From: Neisseria perflava
GTDB lineage: Bacteria; Pseudomonadota; Gammaproteobacteria; Burkholderiales; Neisseriaceae
Reading direction: 5' to 3'
NCBI RefSeq assembly: GCF_024170405.1
Contig: NZ_JALJYC010000012.1
Coordinates: forward strand, 34,015 to 66,014
Length of the DNA stretch: 32,000 bases
Positions 1 to 11,655 of the stretch are shown here, in pieces. Made by a program: the position numbers and the translations under genes. How positions within the stretch are numbered: the stretch's first letter is position 1; the number at the start of each line of letters is the position of its first letter. The notes under the pieces are model-generated. The model was not told the origin of the DNA, did no database searches, and saw only the letters and a list, made by a program, of their open reading frames with translations.

Positions 1-935
1 ACGAAATCCAGCGCATCAGCAAGCTGATGAAGCGCAACGGCTGGGATTTTGCCGTCGGCACTTCCGGCTCGGCCAAATCCATCCGCGATGTGTTGGCGGC
101 GGAAAAACCGCAAGCCGCCGATATTACCTATGAGGGCATGAAATATCTGGCCGAACGGATTATCGAAGCGGGTACGGTCAAAAAAGCCAAATTCGAGGGT
201 TTGAAACCCGACCGCCTCGAAGTTTTCTCCGGCGGTTTAGCGGTGATGATGGCGGCGTTTGAAGAGCTGGAAATCAGCACAATGCGGGTAACGGAAGCCG
301 CGCTGCGCGATGGTGTGTTGTATGACATGATTGGCCGCCAGCTCAACGAAGACATGCGCGACCAAACTTGTGCCGAATTCCAAAAACGCTACCACGTCAG
401 CCTGAATCAGGCCAACCGCGTGGCGGAAACGGCGCAAAAATTCATGGAAAGCCTGTGCGTGGCGAAAAATGTGCCGATACAGGATTTGAAATACTGGCAG
501 CAATTATTGGGCTGGGCGGGTCGTCTGCACGAAATCGGCACCGACATCGCCCACGCCGGCTACCACAAGCATTCGGCCTATATTCTGGAAAACGCCGATA
601 TGCCGGGTTTTTCGCGCAAAGAGCAGACCGCTTTGGCGCAGCTGGCCTTGGGGCACCGTGGCGATGTGAAGAAAATGACTGATATCGTCAGCGGCAATGA
701 AATGCGCTGGTACGCGATTTTGTCGCTGCGTCTTGCCGCCCTGTTCTGCCGCGCCCGCCTGCCGCTGGAATTACCCGCGCAAACCCAATTGCGTGCCGAT
801 GATTCGGGCAAAGGCTTCGTCTTGCGCATTAACGGCCTCTGGCTGGACGAACATCCGCTGATTGCCGACGCGCTGGCCTATGAAAGCGCGCAATGGCAGA
901 AAGTGGATATGCCGTTTACGGTGCAGCCGCTGTAA
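1..935 (+). CDS. ppx: Exopolyphosphatase, Ppx/GppA family (C-terminal ~310 aa; the 5' end lies upstream of the window)
   Basis: The frame is open from the window edge, with codons phased from nt 3. The translation shows the second ASKHA-fold lobe (FAVGTSGSAKS) followed by an HD-like domain (LHEIGTDIAHAGYHKHSAYIL). A DUS hairpin terminator follows. Confidence 0.85.
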   Translation, partial: EIQRISKLMKRNGWDFAVGTSGSAKSIRDVLAAEKPQAADITYEGMKYLAERIIEAGTVKKAKFEGLKPDRLEVFSGGLAVMMAAFEELEISTMRVTEAALRDGVLYDMIGRQLNEDMRDQTCAEFQKRYHVSLNQANRVAETAQKFMESLCVAKNVPIQDLKYWQQLLGWAGRLHEIGTDIAHAGYHKHSAYILENADMPGFSRKEQTALAQLALGHRGDVKKMTDIVSGNEMRWYAILSLRLAALFCRARLPLELPAQTQLRADDSGKGFVLRINGLWLDEHPLIADALAYESAQWQKVDMPFTVQPL

Positions 936-963
936 CCATCTTGCCGCCGCATTTCACGAAAAA

Positions 964-1012
964 GGCCGTCTGAAAATACCGGTAAATCCGCTTACCGTAT
1001 TTTCAGACGGCC
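964..1012 (+). terminator. DUS inverted-pair hairpin terminator downstream of ppx
   Basis: GGCCGTCTGAAAATACCGGTAA ... TTACCGTATTTTCAGACGGCC forms a ~21-bp stem with one bulged base, followed by a T-rich run. Confidence 0.75.
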
Positions 1013-1124
1013 TCTTTGCTCATGCCAAATTCACGTTATATAACCATTCCATCTTTTATTACAACCATCCATTCTTTCCTTTTTTCAGACGGCATTGTTA
1101 CAGTATCGCTAATGTGAAATTACC

Positions 1125-1976
1125 ATGGGATTTTGTTTTATGCTGTTGCTCAAAAAACCCAGCGTGCTGCCCGGTTTTAACCTCAGCTTCGGCCTGACTG
1201 TGTTGTGCCTGTCGCTCTTGGTGGTGTTGCCGTTTGCGATGATGGCGACCAAAGCGGGCGAAATCGGCTGGACGGCGTTTTGGCAGACCATTACCGAGCC
1301 TAATGTGTTGGCGGCGGTGTGGTTGAGCCTGAAAATGTCATTTTACGCCATGCTGACCAATATCGTGTTCGGCACGTTGGTAGCGTGGGTATTGGTGCGC
1401 TATGATTTTCCGGGTAAAAACCTGGTTAACGCGCTGGTGGATTTGCCCTTCGCCCTGCCGACGGCGGTAACCGGTATCGCACTGGCCACACTCTACGCAC
1501 CCAACGGTTGGATTGGCAGCCTGTTTGCGCCGTTTGACATCAAAATCGCCTTTACGCCCATCGGCATTTGGATTGCGCTGGTGGTGGTGAGCCTGCCGTT
1601 TATCGTGCGGGCGGTGCAGCCGGTATTGGAAGAGCTCTCAGGCGAATACGAAGAAGCTGCCGCAACCTTGGGCGCAAGCCGTTTCACCACTTTCCGCCGC
1701 GTTTTGCTGCCAGAAATTACCCCCGCTCTGCTGACCGGCGCCGGCATGATGTTTGCCCGCGCCACCGGCGAATACGGCTCGGTGATTTTTATCGCCGGCA
1801 ATATCCCGATGGTGTCGGAAATCCTGCCGCTGATTATTACCGGCAAGCTGGAGCAGTTTGACGTGCAGGGCGCGTCGGCAGTGGCATTGTTTATGCTGCT
1901 GATTTCGTTTGTAATTCTGTTTGCGCTGAACATCATGCAGTGGGCTTTGAGCAAACGCGCGGGCGCGAAAGCATAG
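1125..1976 (+). CDS. cysT: Sulfate/thiosulfate ABC transporter permease CysT (CysU)
   Basis: 283-aa polytopic membrane ORF collinear with E. coli CysT/CysU (VLPGF..LS.G; DLPFALPTAVTGIAL; VQPVLEELSGEYEEAAATLGA; GEYGSVIFIAGN). The start could instead be the Met at 1140. Confidence 0.9.
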   Translation: MGFCFMLLLKKPSVLPGFNLSFGLTVLCLSLLVVLPFAMMATKAGEIGWTAFWQTITEPNVLAAVWLSLKMSFYAMLTNIVFGTLVAWVLVRYDFPGKNLVNALVDLPFALPTAVTGIALATLYAPNGWIGSLFAPFDIKIAFTPIGIWIALVVVSLPFIVRAVQPVLEELSGEYEEAAATLGASRFTTFRRVLLPEITPALLTGAGMMFARATGEYGSVIFIAGNIPMVSEILPLIITGKLEQFDVQGASAVALFMLLISFVILFALNIMQWALSKRAGAKA

Positions 1977-2019
1977 GCCGTCTGAAAATCAATAATCCAA
2001 ATCATAAAAAAGACAAACC

Positions 2020-2877
2020 ATGAGAACCAACTCCCCTAATCCCAATCTGACCGAACCGCGCTGGCTGCGGGTCATGCTGACCGCCGTAGCCCTGCTGTTT
2101 CTGCTGGTCATGCTGGTCGTGCCGCTGGTATCGGTGTTTTACGAAGCCTTGAAAGGCGGCTGGGATTTGTATGTCCAAGCGCTGACCGATCCGGAAGCAT
2201 GGTCGGCCATCAAGCTGACGCTGATTACCGCTGCGATTGTCGTGCCTGTCAATGCCGTATTGGGCATTGCGATGGCCTGGCTGCTGACCCGCTTTGATTT
2301 TCGCGGCAAACAGCTTTTGACTACCCTACTCGATTTACCGTTTTCTGTGTCGCCGGTGGTGGCCGGTTTGATGTTTGTGCTGCTTTTCGGCGCGAATACC
2401 GTTTTGGGCGGCTGGCTGGAAGCGCAAGGCATTCAGATTATTTTCGCCATCCCGGGCATTATTTTAGCCACGCTGTTCGTGACCTTCCCCTTTGTGGCGC
2501 GTGAGCTGATTCCCTTAATGCAGGCGCAGGGCGACAGCGAGGAGCAAGCAGCGCTGATTCTCGGCGCAAGCGGCTGGCAAATGTTTTGGCGCGTGACCTT
2601 GCCCAATATCAAATGGGCGCTGCTTTACGGCATTATCCTCACCAACGCCCGCGCCATGGGCGAATTCGGCGCGGTGAGCGTGGTTTCCGGCCATATCCGT
2701 GGCGAAACCAACACCATTCCGCTGTTAGTGGAAATCTTCTACAACGAATACAACTTTACCGGCGCCTTTGCCCTGTCCGGCGTATTGGCCTTGCTCGCCT
2801 TGGCGACACTGGCCGTACAAAATTTCATTACCAAAACCCAAGAGAAAAAACTCGCCGCTGCGGAGCGTAACGCATGA
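2020..2877 (+). CDS. cysW: Sulfate/thiosulfate ABC transporter permease CysW
   Basis: 285-aa paralogous permease with an EAA-loop region ([14 protein letters not shown]; [22 protein letters not shown]). It lies between cysT and cysA and overlaps cysA by 4 nt (ATGA). Confidence 0.9.
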   Translation: MRTNSPNPNLTEPRWLRVMLTAVALLFLLVMLVVPLVSVFYEALKGGWDLYVQALTDPEAWSAIKLTLITAAIVVPVNAVLGIAMAWLLTRFDFRGKQLLTTLLDLPFSVSPVVAGLMFVLLFGANTVLGGWLEAQGIQIIFAIPGIILATLFVTFPFVARELIPLMQAQGDSEEQAALILGASGWQMFWRVTLPNIKWALLYGIILTNARAMGEFGAVSVVSGHIRGETNTIPLLVEIFYNEYNFTGAFALSGVLALLALATLAVQNFITKTQEKKLAAAERNA

Positions 2878-3947
2878 GTATCACCATCCAACAATTAAAC
2901 AAACACTTCGGCAATTTCCACGCGCTGAAAAACATCAACCTCAATGTCCCCACCGGCAAACTGGTGTCGCTGCTGGGGCCTTCCGGTTGCGGCAAAACCA
3001 CGCTGTTGCGGATTATCGCCGGTTTGGAAAATGCCGACGACGGCAAAATTTTATTTGACGGCCAAGACGTAACCGACAAACACGTGCGCGAGCGCAAAGT
3101 CGGCTTTGTGTTCCAACACTACGCCCTGTTCCGCCATATGAACGTGTTTGACAACATCGCCTTCGGCCTCTCCGTTTTGCCCAAGGCCGAACGCCCGAGC
3201 AAAGAAAAAATCCGTGCCAAAGTGGAAGAGCTGCTGGGCTTGGTGCAACTGTCGCATTTGGCCAAAGCCTATCCGCACCAACTCTCTGGCGGCCAACGCC
3301 AGCGTATCGCCCTCGCCCGCGCTTTGGCCGTCGAGCCAAAACTTCTTCTGCTGGACGAGCCTTTCGGCGCACTCGATGCCAAAGTGCGCAAAGAATTGCG
3401 CACCTGGCTGCGCGACATCCACCACAATCTCGGCGTGACCAGCATTTTGGTGACCCACGACCAAGAAGAAGCCTTGGAAGTATCCGATGAAATCGTGGTG
3501 ATGAACCACGGCAAAATCGAGCAAACCGGCAGCGCCGAAGCCATTTACCGTAAACCGGAAAACGCCTTTGTCACCGAATTTCTCGGCGAAACCGACGCCT
3601 TTGAAGGCCGTATCGAAAAAGGCGCATGGCACTACGGCGATTTTGCGTGGCCGCTCGACCGCCAATACAAATGGCAGGAGCAGACCGCCATCGGCTACGT
3701 GCGCCCGCACGAATGGCAGCCTGCGGCCGAGGGGGTGCAAGCCATGATTACCGCGCCGATTGAAAAAATCCACGCCGTCGGTGCGCTTACCCACGTCACC
3801 GTCAAACACGGCAAGCAAGACGTACACATCACCCTCGGCGGCAGCGACAGCGCCCGCCTGAACCTCACCGTCGGCCAAACCTTGGCCTTGTCGCCGAAGC
3901 AGGTGTATGTATTCTCGCAAAACGAGCTGATTGAATTTTCGATTTAA
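2874..3947 (+). CDS. cysA: Sulfate/thiosulfate import ATP-binding protein CysA
   Basis: Walker [11 protein letters not shown]-loop, signature LSGGQRQR and Walker [13 protein letters not shown], plus a C-terminal regulatory domain. Translationally coupled to cysW. Confidence 0.92.
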   Translation: MSITIQQLNKHFGNFHALKNINLNVPTGKLVSLLGPSGCGKTTLLRIIAGLENADDGKILFDGQDVTDKHVRERKVGFVFQHYALFRHMNVFDNIAFGLSVLPKAERPSKEKIRAKVEELLGLVQLSHLAKAYPHQLSGGQRQRIALARALAVEPKLLLLDEPFGALDAKVRKELRTWLRDIHHNLGVTSILVTHDQEEALEVSDEIVVMNHGKIEQTGSAEAIYRKPENAFVTEFLGETDAFEGRIEKGAWHYGDFAWPLDRQYKWQEQTAIGYVRPHEWQPAAEGVQAMITAPIEKIHAVGALTHVTVKHGKQDVHITLGGSDSARLNLTVGQTLALSPKQVYVFSQNELIEFSI

Positions 3948-3960
3948 TGCCATTCAAGCC

Positions 3961-4007
3961 AAGGCCGTCTGAAAAACCGTATGCACATCGGTTTTTCAGA
4001 CGGCCTT
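3961..4007 (+). terminator. DUS inverted-pair hairpin terminator downstream of cysA
   Basis: AAGGCCGTCTGAAAAACCG (3961-3979) is perfectly complementary to CGGTTTTTCAGACGGCCTT (3989-4007) and is followed by TTTT. Confidence 0.8.
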
Positions 4008-4015
4008 TTCAGATA

Positions 4016-4044
4016 TTGAATATTGTTAACAATCGGCGCATAAT
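4016..4044 (+). promoter_or_regulatory. Candidate sigma70 promoter for argD
   Basis: TTGAAT (4016-4021), a 17-nt spacer, then CATAAT (4039-4044), about 45 nt upstream of the argD ATG. Confidence 0.35.
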
Positions 4045-4088
4045 CAGCCATACGTTTTCCCCTCAACCCACCCCATAGGAATCCTGCC

Positions 4089-5279
4089 ATGCATAACTAC
4101 CTGACCCCGAATTTCTCCTTCGCCCCGATGATTCCCGAGCGTGCGCTCGGCAGCCGCGTATGGGATACCGAAGGCCGAGAATATGTCGATTTGTCGGGCG
4201 GGATTGCCGTTAACGCCTTAGGTCACAGCAACCCCGTCTTAATCGAAGCCCTATCCGAGCAGGCAAACAAGCTGTGGCACATTTCCAATATCTACACCAC
4301 CGGCCCGGCGCAGGAATTGGCGCAGAAGCTGGTCGAGCATTCTTTCGGCGACAAAGTCTTTTTCTGCAACTCCGGCGCCGAAGCCAATGAAGCCGCGCTG
4401 AAACTGGCGCGCAAATACGGCCGCGACCGCTCAAACGGCGAGAAAAACGAAATCGTCGCCTGCCTCAACAGTTTTCACGGCCGCACCGTATTTACCGTGT
4501 CCGTCGGCGGCCAACCCAAATACAGCCAAGACTACGCGCCACTGCCGCAAGGCATTACCCATGTACCGTTTAACGACATCGCCGCGCTGGAAGCCACCGT
4601 CGGCGAAAAAACCTGCGCCGTGATTATCGAGCCGATTCAAGGCGAAAGCGGCATTCTGCCCGCTACCCAAGAATATTTGGAAACCGCCCGCCGCCTGTGC
4701 GACCAACACGGCGCACTGCTGGTTTTCGATGAAGTGCAAACCGGCATGGGGCACACCGGCAAGCTGTTTGCTTACGAGCATTACGGTATCGTGCCCGACA
4801 TCATGAGTCTGGCCAAGGCGCTGGGTTGCGGCTTCCCCATCGGCGCGATTGTGACCACCGACACCATCGCCCCCACTTTCGGCCCGGGTACGCACGGTTC
4901 GACCTTCGGCGGCAACCCGATGGCCTGCGCCGTCGGCAGCCGTGCATTCGACATCATCAATGCGCCCGAAACGCTGGCGCATGTTGTGGCGCAAGGTGAA
5001 AAATTGCGCCGTGCCTTAGAAAGCATAGGCCAAGAAACCGGCGTATTCAAACAAGTACGCGGCATGGGCTTGCTGCTGGGGGCAGTGTTGAGCGACGAAT
5101 ATCAAGGACGCGCGGGCGAAATCATGTCTGCCGCGCTGAAACACGGCCTGATGGTCTTGGTGGCGGGCAGCAATGTGGTGCGCTTTGCGCCGAGCCTGTT
5201 GTTGAGCGATGAAGATTTGGAAGAAGGCTTAGGCCGTCTGAAAACCGCGCTTAACGAATGGCTGGCGCAAGCGGAATAA
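4089..5279 (+). CDS. argD: Acetylornithine (or succinyl-diaminopimelate/ornithine) aminotransferase, class III PLP enzyme
   Basis: 396 aa with class III aminotransferase motifs (GGIAVNALGH; NSGAEANEAALKLARKY; FDEVQTGMGHTGKLFAYEHYGIVPDIMSLAKALGCGFPIGA; GTHGSTFGGNP). Confidence 0.85.
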   Translation: MHNYLTPNFSFAPMIPERALGSRVWDTEGREYVDLSGGIAVNALGHSNPVLIEALSEQANKLWHISNIYTTGPAQELAQKLVEHSFGDKVFFCNSGAEANEAALKLARKYGRDRSNGEKNEIVACLNSFHGRTVFTVSVGGQPKYSQDYAPLPQGITHVPFNDIAALEATVGEKTCAVIIEPIQGESGILPATQEYLETARRLCDQHGALLVFDEVQTGMGHTGKLFAYEHYGIVPDIMSLAKALGCGFPIGAIVTTDTIAPTFGPGTHGSTFGGNPMACAVGSRAFDIINAPETLAHVVAQGEKLRRALESIGQETGVFKQVRGMGLLLGAVLSDEYQGRAGEIMSAALKHGLMVLVAGSNVVRFAPSLLLSDEDLEEGLGRLKTALNEWLAQAE

Positions 5280-5314
5280 ATGACATCGTTTACACACCAT
5301 CATGACATCGCAAC

Positions 5315-5344
5315 AGGCCGTCTGAAACCGTTTTCAGACGGCCT
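5315..5344 (+). terminator. DUS inverted-pair hairpin terminator downstream of argD
   Basis: AGGCCGTCTGAAA (5315-5327), a 4-nt loop, then TTTCAGACGGCCT (5332-5344), followed by TTTCTCT. Confidence 0.75.
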
Positions 5345-5361
5345 TTCTCTATCTGCCACAA

Positions 5362-5370
5362 TGCTATAAT
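5362..5370 (+). promoter_or_regulatory. Candidate extended -10 element for rep
   Basis: TGCTATAAT (TGn + TATAAT at 5365-5370) lies 30 nt upstream of the rep ATG. No clear -35 was seen. Confidence 0.35.
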
Positions 5371-5400
5371 AGCCGCCTGATTCCCTTTCCTGATTTAGCC

Positions 5401-7398
<1,998 letters not shown>

Positions 7399-7418
7399 TT
7401 TAGTGAGGCAGCATAATG

Positions 7419-7454
7419 AGGCCGTCTGAAAACCCTATGGTTTTCAGACGGCCT
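7419..7454. terminator. Bidirectional DUS hairpin between the convergent rep and yiiX-like genes
   Basis: AGGCCGTCTGAAAACC (7419-7434), loop CTAT, then GGTTTTCAGACGGCCT (7439-7454). Confidence 0.75.
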
Positions 7455-7479
7455 TTGCTTGCAAACGCAAACCTATTTA

Positions 7480-8253
7480 CTATTTAACCGCTACTTTGCT
7501 GCAGTTGCTGTTCCACAAAGAATCCGTACATTGCAGATGCCCGACATATTTCAGCCGCACCTCCGGTATGACCGCCGTTACATCGCCTTCGCGAAAATGC
7601 AGCATATCCGACGGGCTGACCCATTCCGGCTTGGTTTTGGTTAACGGTCTGCCGGCGTGGTTAAACGCCTCAATCACAAATTGCGAACAAGAATAGCGTT
7701 CGCTGTCAAACGGCGTGATTTGAACAAAAGCCAGCGAATTCAAACACAAATGGCGCAACTGACGCGGCACCACCGATACTTCGCACACTTTGCGCGTCAG
7801 CGAATACGGCGTCTGTTTGACGATACCGCCGAAATTATACGGGCTGCCCGCCAAACTGCGCGCAAAGCGGTTCATCTCAAAAACCGCCTGCCCGTCCAAA
7901 CCCGGATAGCGGTAAACCGCCGCCAGATTGGTGTGGCGCAAAGCCTGCTGCAACGGAATAATCTGCACGCCCGAGCCGACCGCTTCGGCAATCATCCCAT
8001 CACCCAAATACAGAAAAGAATGGCTGACGGCTGAGCGGTTAATCAAACGGATACCCAGCGATTGGATACTGCGCTCCGATGAAAACAAAATATCGCCCGC
8101 CTGTAAATCGGTTTCCCCGACTTCAATCCGCCCTCCGGCACTGTGCCGATTTGCTGGACATTCAGCGACAAGCCTTTGTCCCGACTCAGCTTCCACTCCG
8201 TTGAGCAGGCAGCCAAGACCAAAACGCACCCGATTATGCTGCAAAATTTCCAA
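7480..8253 (-). CDS. Permuted papain-fold (NlpC/P60-related) amidase, YiiX/YaeF (C92) family; the N-terminus is uncertain and the gene may be a frameshifted lipoprotein
   Basis: Motif order matches E. coli YiiX: AGDILFS...SHSFLYLG (His before Cys), GSPYNFGG, then RYSCSQFVIEAF (catalytic Cys). The only start in this frame is a TTG at 8253. A lipoprotein signal (MMMGWKFCSIIGCVLVLAAC) lies in the overlapping ORF 8043-8264 in another frame. Confidence 0.7.
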   Translation of the reverse strand: MEILQHNRVRFGLGCLLNGVEAESGQRLVAECPANRHSAGGRIEVGETDLQAGDILFSSERSIQSLGIRLINRSAVSHSFLYLGDGMIAEAVGSGVQIIPLQQALRHTNLAAVYRYPGLDGQAVFEMNRFARSLAGSPYNFGGIVKQTPYSLTRKVCEVSVVPRQLRHLCLNSLAFVQITPFDSERYSCSQFVIEAFNHAGRPLTKTKPEWVSPSDMLHFREGDVTAVIPEVRLKYVGHLQCTDSLWNSNCSKVAVK

Positions 8254-8387
8254 CCCATCATCATTTACCCTTGGTGGCAGATATCTGATTTTAGCATAAG
8301 CCCGCCTTTCAGACGGTCTGCCAAGCCAAAGACAAACCCGTCAAAAAATGCTATGCTTTGCGCTTTCTTTTCCTCTCTTTTGCAGCA

Positions 8388-9971
8388 ATGAAAAAGTTTC
8401 TTATCCCGACTGCGGCCGTCGTTGTCGCTGCCGCGCTCGGCACGCCTTACTATCTCGGCATTAAAGCGGAAGAAAGCCTGAGTGCGCAGCAAAAACTGCT
8501 GCAAGAATCCGGCTTTCTCACCGTTGAATCGCACCAATACGAGCGCGGCTGGTTTACCTCGACTGAAACCACCATTATCCGCCTGAAGCCCACGTTGCTG
8601 CAAAATACGCAAAAATACCTGCCGGATAATCTGAAAACCGTATTGAAAGAGCCGATTACCGTGGTCAACCACATCAGCCACGGCCCGTTTGCCGGCGGTT
8701 TCGGCACGCGCGCGCATGTGGAAACTGAGTTCCAATACCAACCGGAAACGGCCAAAGTATTGGCGCGCTTCTTCGGCAACGCCACGCCCTTAACCATGAG
8801 CAACACCGTTTACCTCAATGGCAGCGGCGAAATGGCCTTGAGCGTGCCCGCGTTTGACTACGAAGAGCTCTCCGGCATCAAGCTGGCATGGAAAGGCTTG
8901 AGCGGCACCACCGGCTATCAAAACGGCTTTACCGCCTACAAGCATGACTACGCCGTCCCTTCGCTGCAAATCAAATTGGCCGATAAAGGCGATGTGGCGC
9001 TGACCAACCTGCATTTCCAATCGGAAACTTCAGACGGCCGCAACAAAATCGCCTTGGGCAAGAGCAGCGTGACGCTGGAAAAATTCCTGCTGCAATGGCA
9101 TGAAGGCATTGATTACAATGTTAAATTAAACGAATTGGTAAACTTAGTGACCGATTTGCAAATCGGCGCGTTTATCAACCCGACCGGTACCATCGCGCCG
9201 TCTAAAATCGAAGTCAATAAACTCAGCTTTACCACCCAAACCGGCGAAGCGGATAAATTTATTAACAGCGAAGGCCGTTTCCAATTCGACAAACTGGTGT
9301 ACGGCACCGATACCTACGGCTCGCTGGATATTGATGTGGCTGCCGAACACCTCGATGCCGCCGGTCTCTTGGCACTGAAAACCAAGCTGGCTGAAATCGC
9401 CAACAAACCGATGAGCGAAGAGCAAATCCGCAGCGAGCTTCTGCAAACGGCCAAAACCAAAGCCGCTTCGCTGTTTACTCAAAATCCGGTGTTGAACGTC
9501 AAAACTTTTAAATTTACCATGCCGCAAGGCGTAGTGGATGTCAGCGGCAAAATGGCCTTCAACGGGCTGAACGCGCAAGATTTAAATAGCCTGCCCGATA
9601 TGCTGAAAAAAACCGATGCGGATTTCAACATGCACGTGCCGCAAAAACTGCTGGAGCAAATGGCCATCAGCCAAGCCCGCAGCATTTTCAGCGTCAACCC
9701 CGAAGATGAAGCCGCCGGACGCGCCAGCCTAGACGACATCAACGAAACCCTGCGCCTGATGGTGGACAGCACCGTACAAAGCATGGCGCGCCAGCAATAC
9801 CTGACCCTGCAAAACGGCAATATCCAAACCCGCCTGACCTTGCAAAACAGCGAGTTGAAACTGAACGGCAAGGTATTGGAAAGCGAACCCGAGCCGGACT
9901 TTAGCGAAGGTGACGCGGCCTCTGCGCCGACACAATCCGCTTCCGAAATTGCCGCCAGCGCAGCGCCTTAA
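8388..9971 (+). CDS. YdgA/DUF945 family protein (N-terminally anchored, periplasm-facing, function unknown)
   Basis: MKKFLIPTAAVVVAAALGTPYYLG signal-anchor followed by ..YERGWFTSTETTII.., as in E. coli YdgA. The start is placed at the ATG at 8388 rather than the upstream TTG at 8358. Confidence 0.78.
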   Translation: MKKFLIPTAAVVVAAALGTPYYLGIKAEESLSAQQKLLQESGFLTVESHQYERGWFTSTETTIIRLKPTLLQNTQKYLPDNLKTVLKEPITVVNHISHGPFAGGFGTRAHVETEFQYQPETAKVLARFFGNATPLTMSNTVYLNGSGEMALSVPAFDYEELSGIKLAWKGLSGTTGYQNGFTAYKHDYAVPSLQIKLADKGDVALTNLHFQSETSDGRNKIALGKSSVTLEKFLLQWHEGIDYNVKLNELVNLVTDLQIGAFINPTGTIAPSKIEVNKLSFTTQTGEADKFINSEGRFQFDKLVYGTDTYGSLDIDVAAEHLDAAGLLALKTKLAEIANKPMSEEQIRSELLQTAKTKAASLFTQNPVLNVKTFKFTMPQGVVDVSGKMAFNGLNAQDLNSLPDMLKKTDADFNMHVPQKLLEQMAISQARSIFSVNPEDEAAGRASLDDINETLRLMVDSTVQSMARQQYLTLQNGNIQTRLTLQNSELKLNGKVLESEPEPDFSEGDAASAPTQSASEIAASAAP

Positions 9972-9993
9972 ACAGCCTGCGCAGTAAATGATA

Positions 9994-10034
9994 AGAGGCC
10001 GTCTGAAACAATTTACCCGTTTCAGACGGCCTCT
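9994..10034. terminator. Bidirectional DUS hairpin between the convergent ydgA-like and yfaE genes
   Basis: AGAGGCCGTCTGAAAC (9994-10009) is complementary to GTTTCAGACGGCCTCT (10019-10034). Confidence 0.75.
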
Positions 10035-10065
10035 TTATTAGGTATTCCCTTACCCGATTATCTGC

Positions 10066-10374
10066 TTATGACTGATTGTCGTTACCAAACAAATCCACAT
10101 CAAACAAATCCGGCTCATCCTGCTTCACATGGCAGTCCAGCGTAATATCTTCTGTTATCCGGCAGCAGCACGGCAGAATCTCGCCCGGCGCGACAAAGGC
10201 CAGCGGCAGTTCATCATAGCCGACCTTGCCCGCCGTGATTTTCACGCGGCACGAGCCGCAATAACCGCTGCGGCATTGGTATTCGACCTCATGCCCCGTG
10301 CGCTCCAAGCCCTCCAGCAGCGTTTCGCCGGCTTGCAGTTCAAACACTTTATCGCGGGTGGTAATCAATGGCAT
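10066..10374 (-). CDS. yfaE: 2Fe-2S ferredoxin YfaE (class Ia RNR diferric-tyrosyl cofactor maintenance)
   Basis: 102 aa with plant-type ferredoxin Cys ligands (C-RSGYC-GSC ... CCC) directly downstream of nrdB, as in E. coli nrdAB-yfaE. The ATG at 10374 gives MPLITTRD. The longer track ORF would run through the upstream DUS hairpin. Confidence 0.85.
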   Translation of the reverse strand: MPLITTRDKVFELQAGETLLEGLERTGHEVEYQCRSGYCGSCRVKITAGKVGYDELPLAFVAPGEILPCCCRITEDITLDCHVKQDEPDLFDVDLFGNDNQS

Positions 10375-10407
10375 AACGGGAAACCGGTTACTGAAAAAGA
10401 TGATAAT

Positions 10408-10442
10408 CAGGCCGTCTGAAAATACGTTTTTCAGACGGCCTG
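10408..10442 (-). terminator. DUS hairpin between nrdB and yfaE (terminator or attenuator)
   Basis: CAGGCCGTCTGAAAA (10408-10422) is complementary to TTTTCAGACGGCCTG (10428-10442). Confidence 0.6.
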
Positions 10443-10500
10443 TCACAGAATGAAACATCGCAGAGTGTTTTTTAACCCCCTACGATACTGCACTTCCGCT

Positions 10501-11655
10501 TTACAGCTCGAAATCGCCCAAATCGTCCGCGCTGATTTCGGCATCAACCTGACCGATTAAGTAAGAAGAAATTTCCACTTCCTGCGGCGCAACTTGTACA
10601 TTATCGGACGACAGCCAAGCGTTAATCCACGGAATCGGGTTTTGGTTTGCGCCTTCAAACGCCGGTTCCAAACCCACCGCCTGCATACGCAGATTGGTAA
10701 TGTATTCAACGTATTGGCCGAGAATTTCTTTGTTCAGACCAATCATCGAGCCGTCTTTAAACAGATAGGCCGCCCATTCTTTTTCCTGATTGGCCGCTTT
10801 TTTAAACAATTCGTAGCAATCCTGCTCCAGCTCGGCGGCAATTTCCGCCATTTCCGGATCGTCCGCACCACTGCGCATCAGGTTCAGCATATGCTGGGTG
10901 CTGGTTAAATGCAAAGCCTCGTCGCGGGCAATCAGCTTGATGATTTTGGCATTGCCTTCCATCAATTCGCGTTCGGCAAAGGCAAACGAGCAGGCAAACG
11001 ATACGTAGAAACGGATGGCTTCCAACACGTTTACGCACATCAGGCACAGATACAGTTTCTTTTTCAACTCGCGCAAAGAAATTTCAATCAGCTCGCCTTT
11101 AACGATATGCGCCCCCTCGCCCAGCAGGTTGTAATACTGGGTATATTCAATCAAATCATCGTAATAGCAGGCGATGTCTTCGGCGCGGGCGATGATGTAT
11201 TTGTTGGTAACGATGTCGTCAAACACAATACCCGGGTCGTTCACAATATTGCGGATAATATGCGTATAGCTGCGCGAATGGATGGTTTCGCTGAAACTCC
11301 AGGTTTCAATCCAAGTTTCCAGCTCCGGAATCGACACCACGGGCAGCAACGCCACATTCGGGCTGCGCCCCTGAATCGAATCGAGCAGGGTTTGGTATTT
11401 CAAATTGCTGATGAAGATATGCTTTTCATGCTCGGGCAGATTGGCATAATCGATACGGTCGCGCGACACGTCGATTTCTTCCGGACGCCAGAAAAACGAC
11501 AGCTGCTTTTCAATCAGTTTTTCAAAAATTTCAAATTTCTGTTGGTCATAACGCGCCACATTCACCGGCTGGCCGAAAAACATCGGCTCTTTCAAAGCAT
11601 CGTTTTTCTCTTTGCTAAAGGTGCTGTAATGCATGACTAAATGTTCACAGGACAT
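10501..11655 (-). CDS. nrdB: Ribonucleoside-diphosphate reductase class Ia beta subunit NrdB
   Basis: Long blocks are essentially identical to E. coli NrdB ([19 protein letters not shown]; [16 protein letters not shown]; [25 protein letters not shown]; [21 protein letters not shown]; RDEALHLT). The ATG at 11655 has a good SD (AGGAAATAAGTATG). The homology-aligned start is the Met at 11634 (MHYSTF), which has no SD. Confidence 0.95.
   Translation of the reverse strand: MSCEHLVMHYSTFSKEKNDALKEPMFFGQPVNVARYDQQKFEIFEKLIEKQLSFFWRPEEIDVSRDRIDYANLPEHEKHIFISNLKYQTLLDSIQGRSPNVALLPVVSIPELETWIETWSFSETIHSRSYTHIIRNIVNDPGIVFDDIVTNKYIIARAEDIACYYDDLIEYTQYYNLLGEGAHIVKGELIEISLRELKKKLYLCLMCVNVLEAIRFYVSFACSFAFAERELMEGNAKIIKLIARDEALHLTSTQHMLNLMRSGADDPEMAEIAAELEQDCYELFKKAANQEKEWAAYLFKDGSMIGLNKEILGQYVEYITNLRMQAVGLEPAFEGANQNPIPWINAWLSSDNVQVAPQEVEISSYLIGQVDAEISADDLGDFEL

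Noticed and set aside
4014-4032. Possible ARG box (ArgR operator) overlapping the argD promoter (ATTGAATATTGTTAACAAT).
   Set aside because: Only the TGAAT half-site matches the wnTGAATwwwwATTCAnw consensus. The second half (TTAAC) does not, and there is no paired second box.
8043-8264. 73-aa ORF treated as an independent small lipoprotein gene.
   Set aside because: After the signal peptide its sequence overlaps the YiiX-like ORF out of frame and has no recognisable domain. It is better explained as the displaced N-terminus of the amidase gene (see the frameshift finding).
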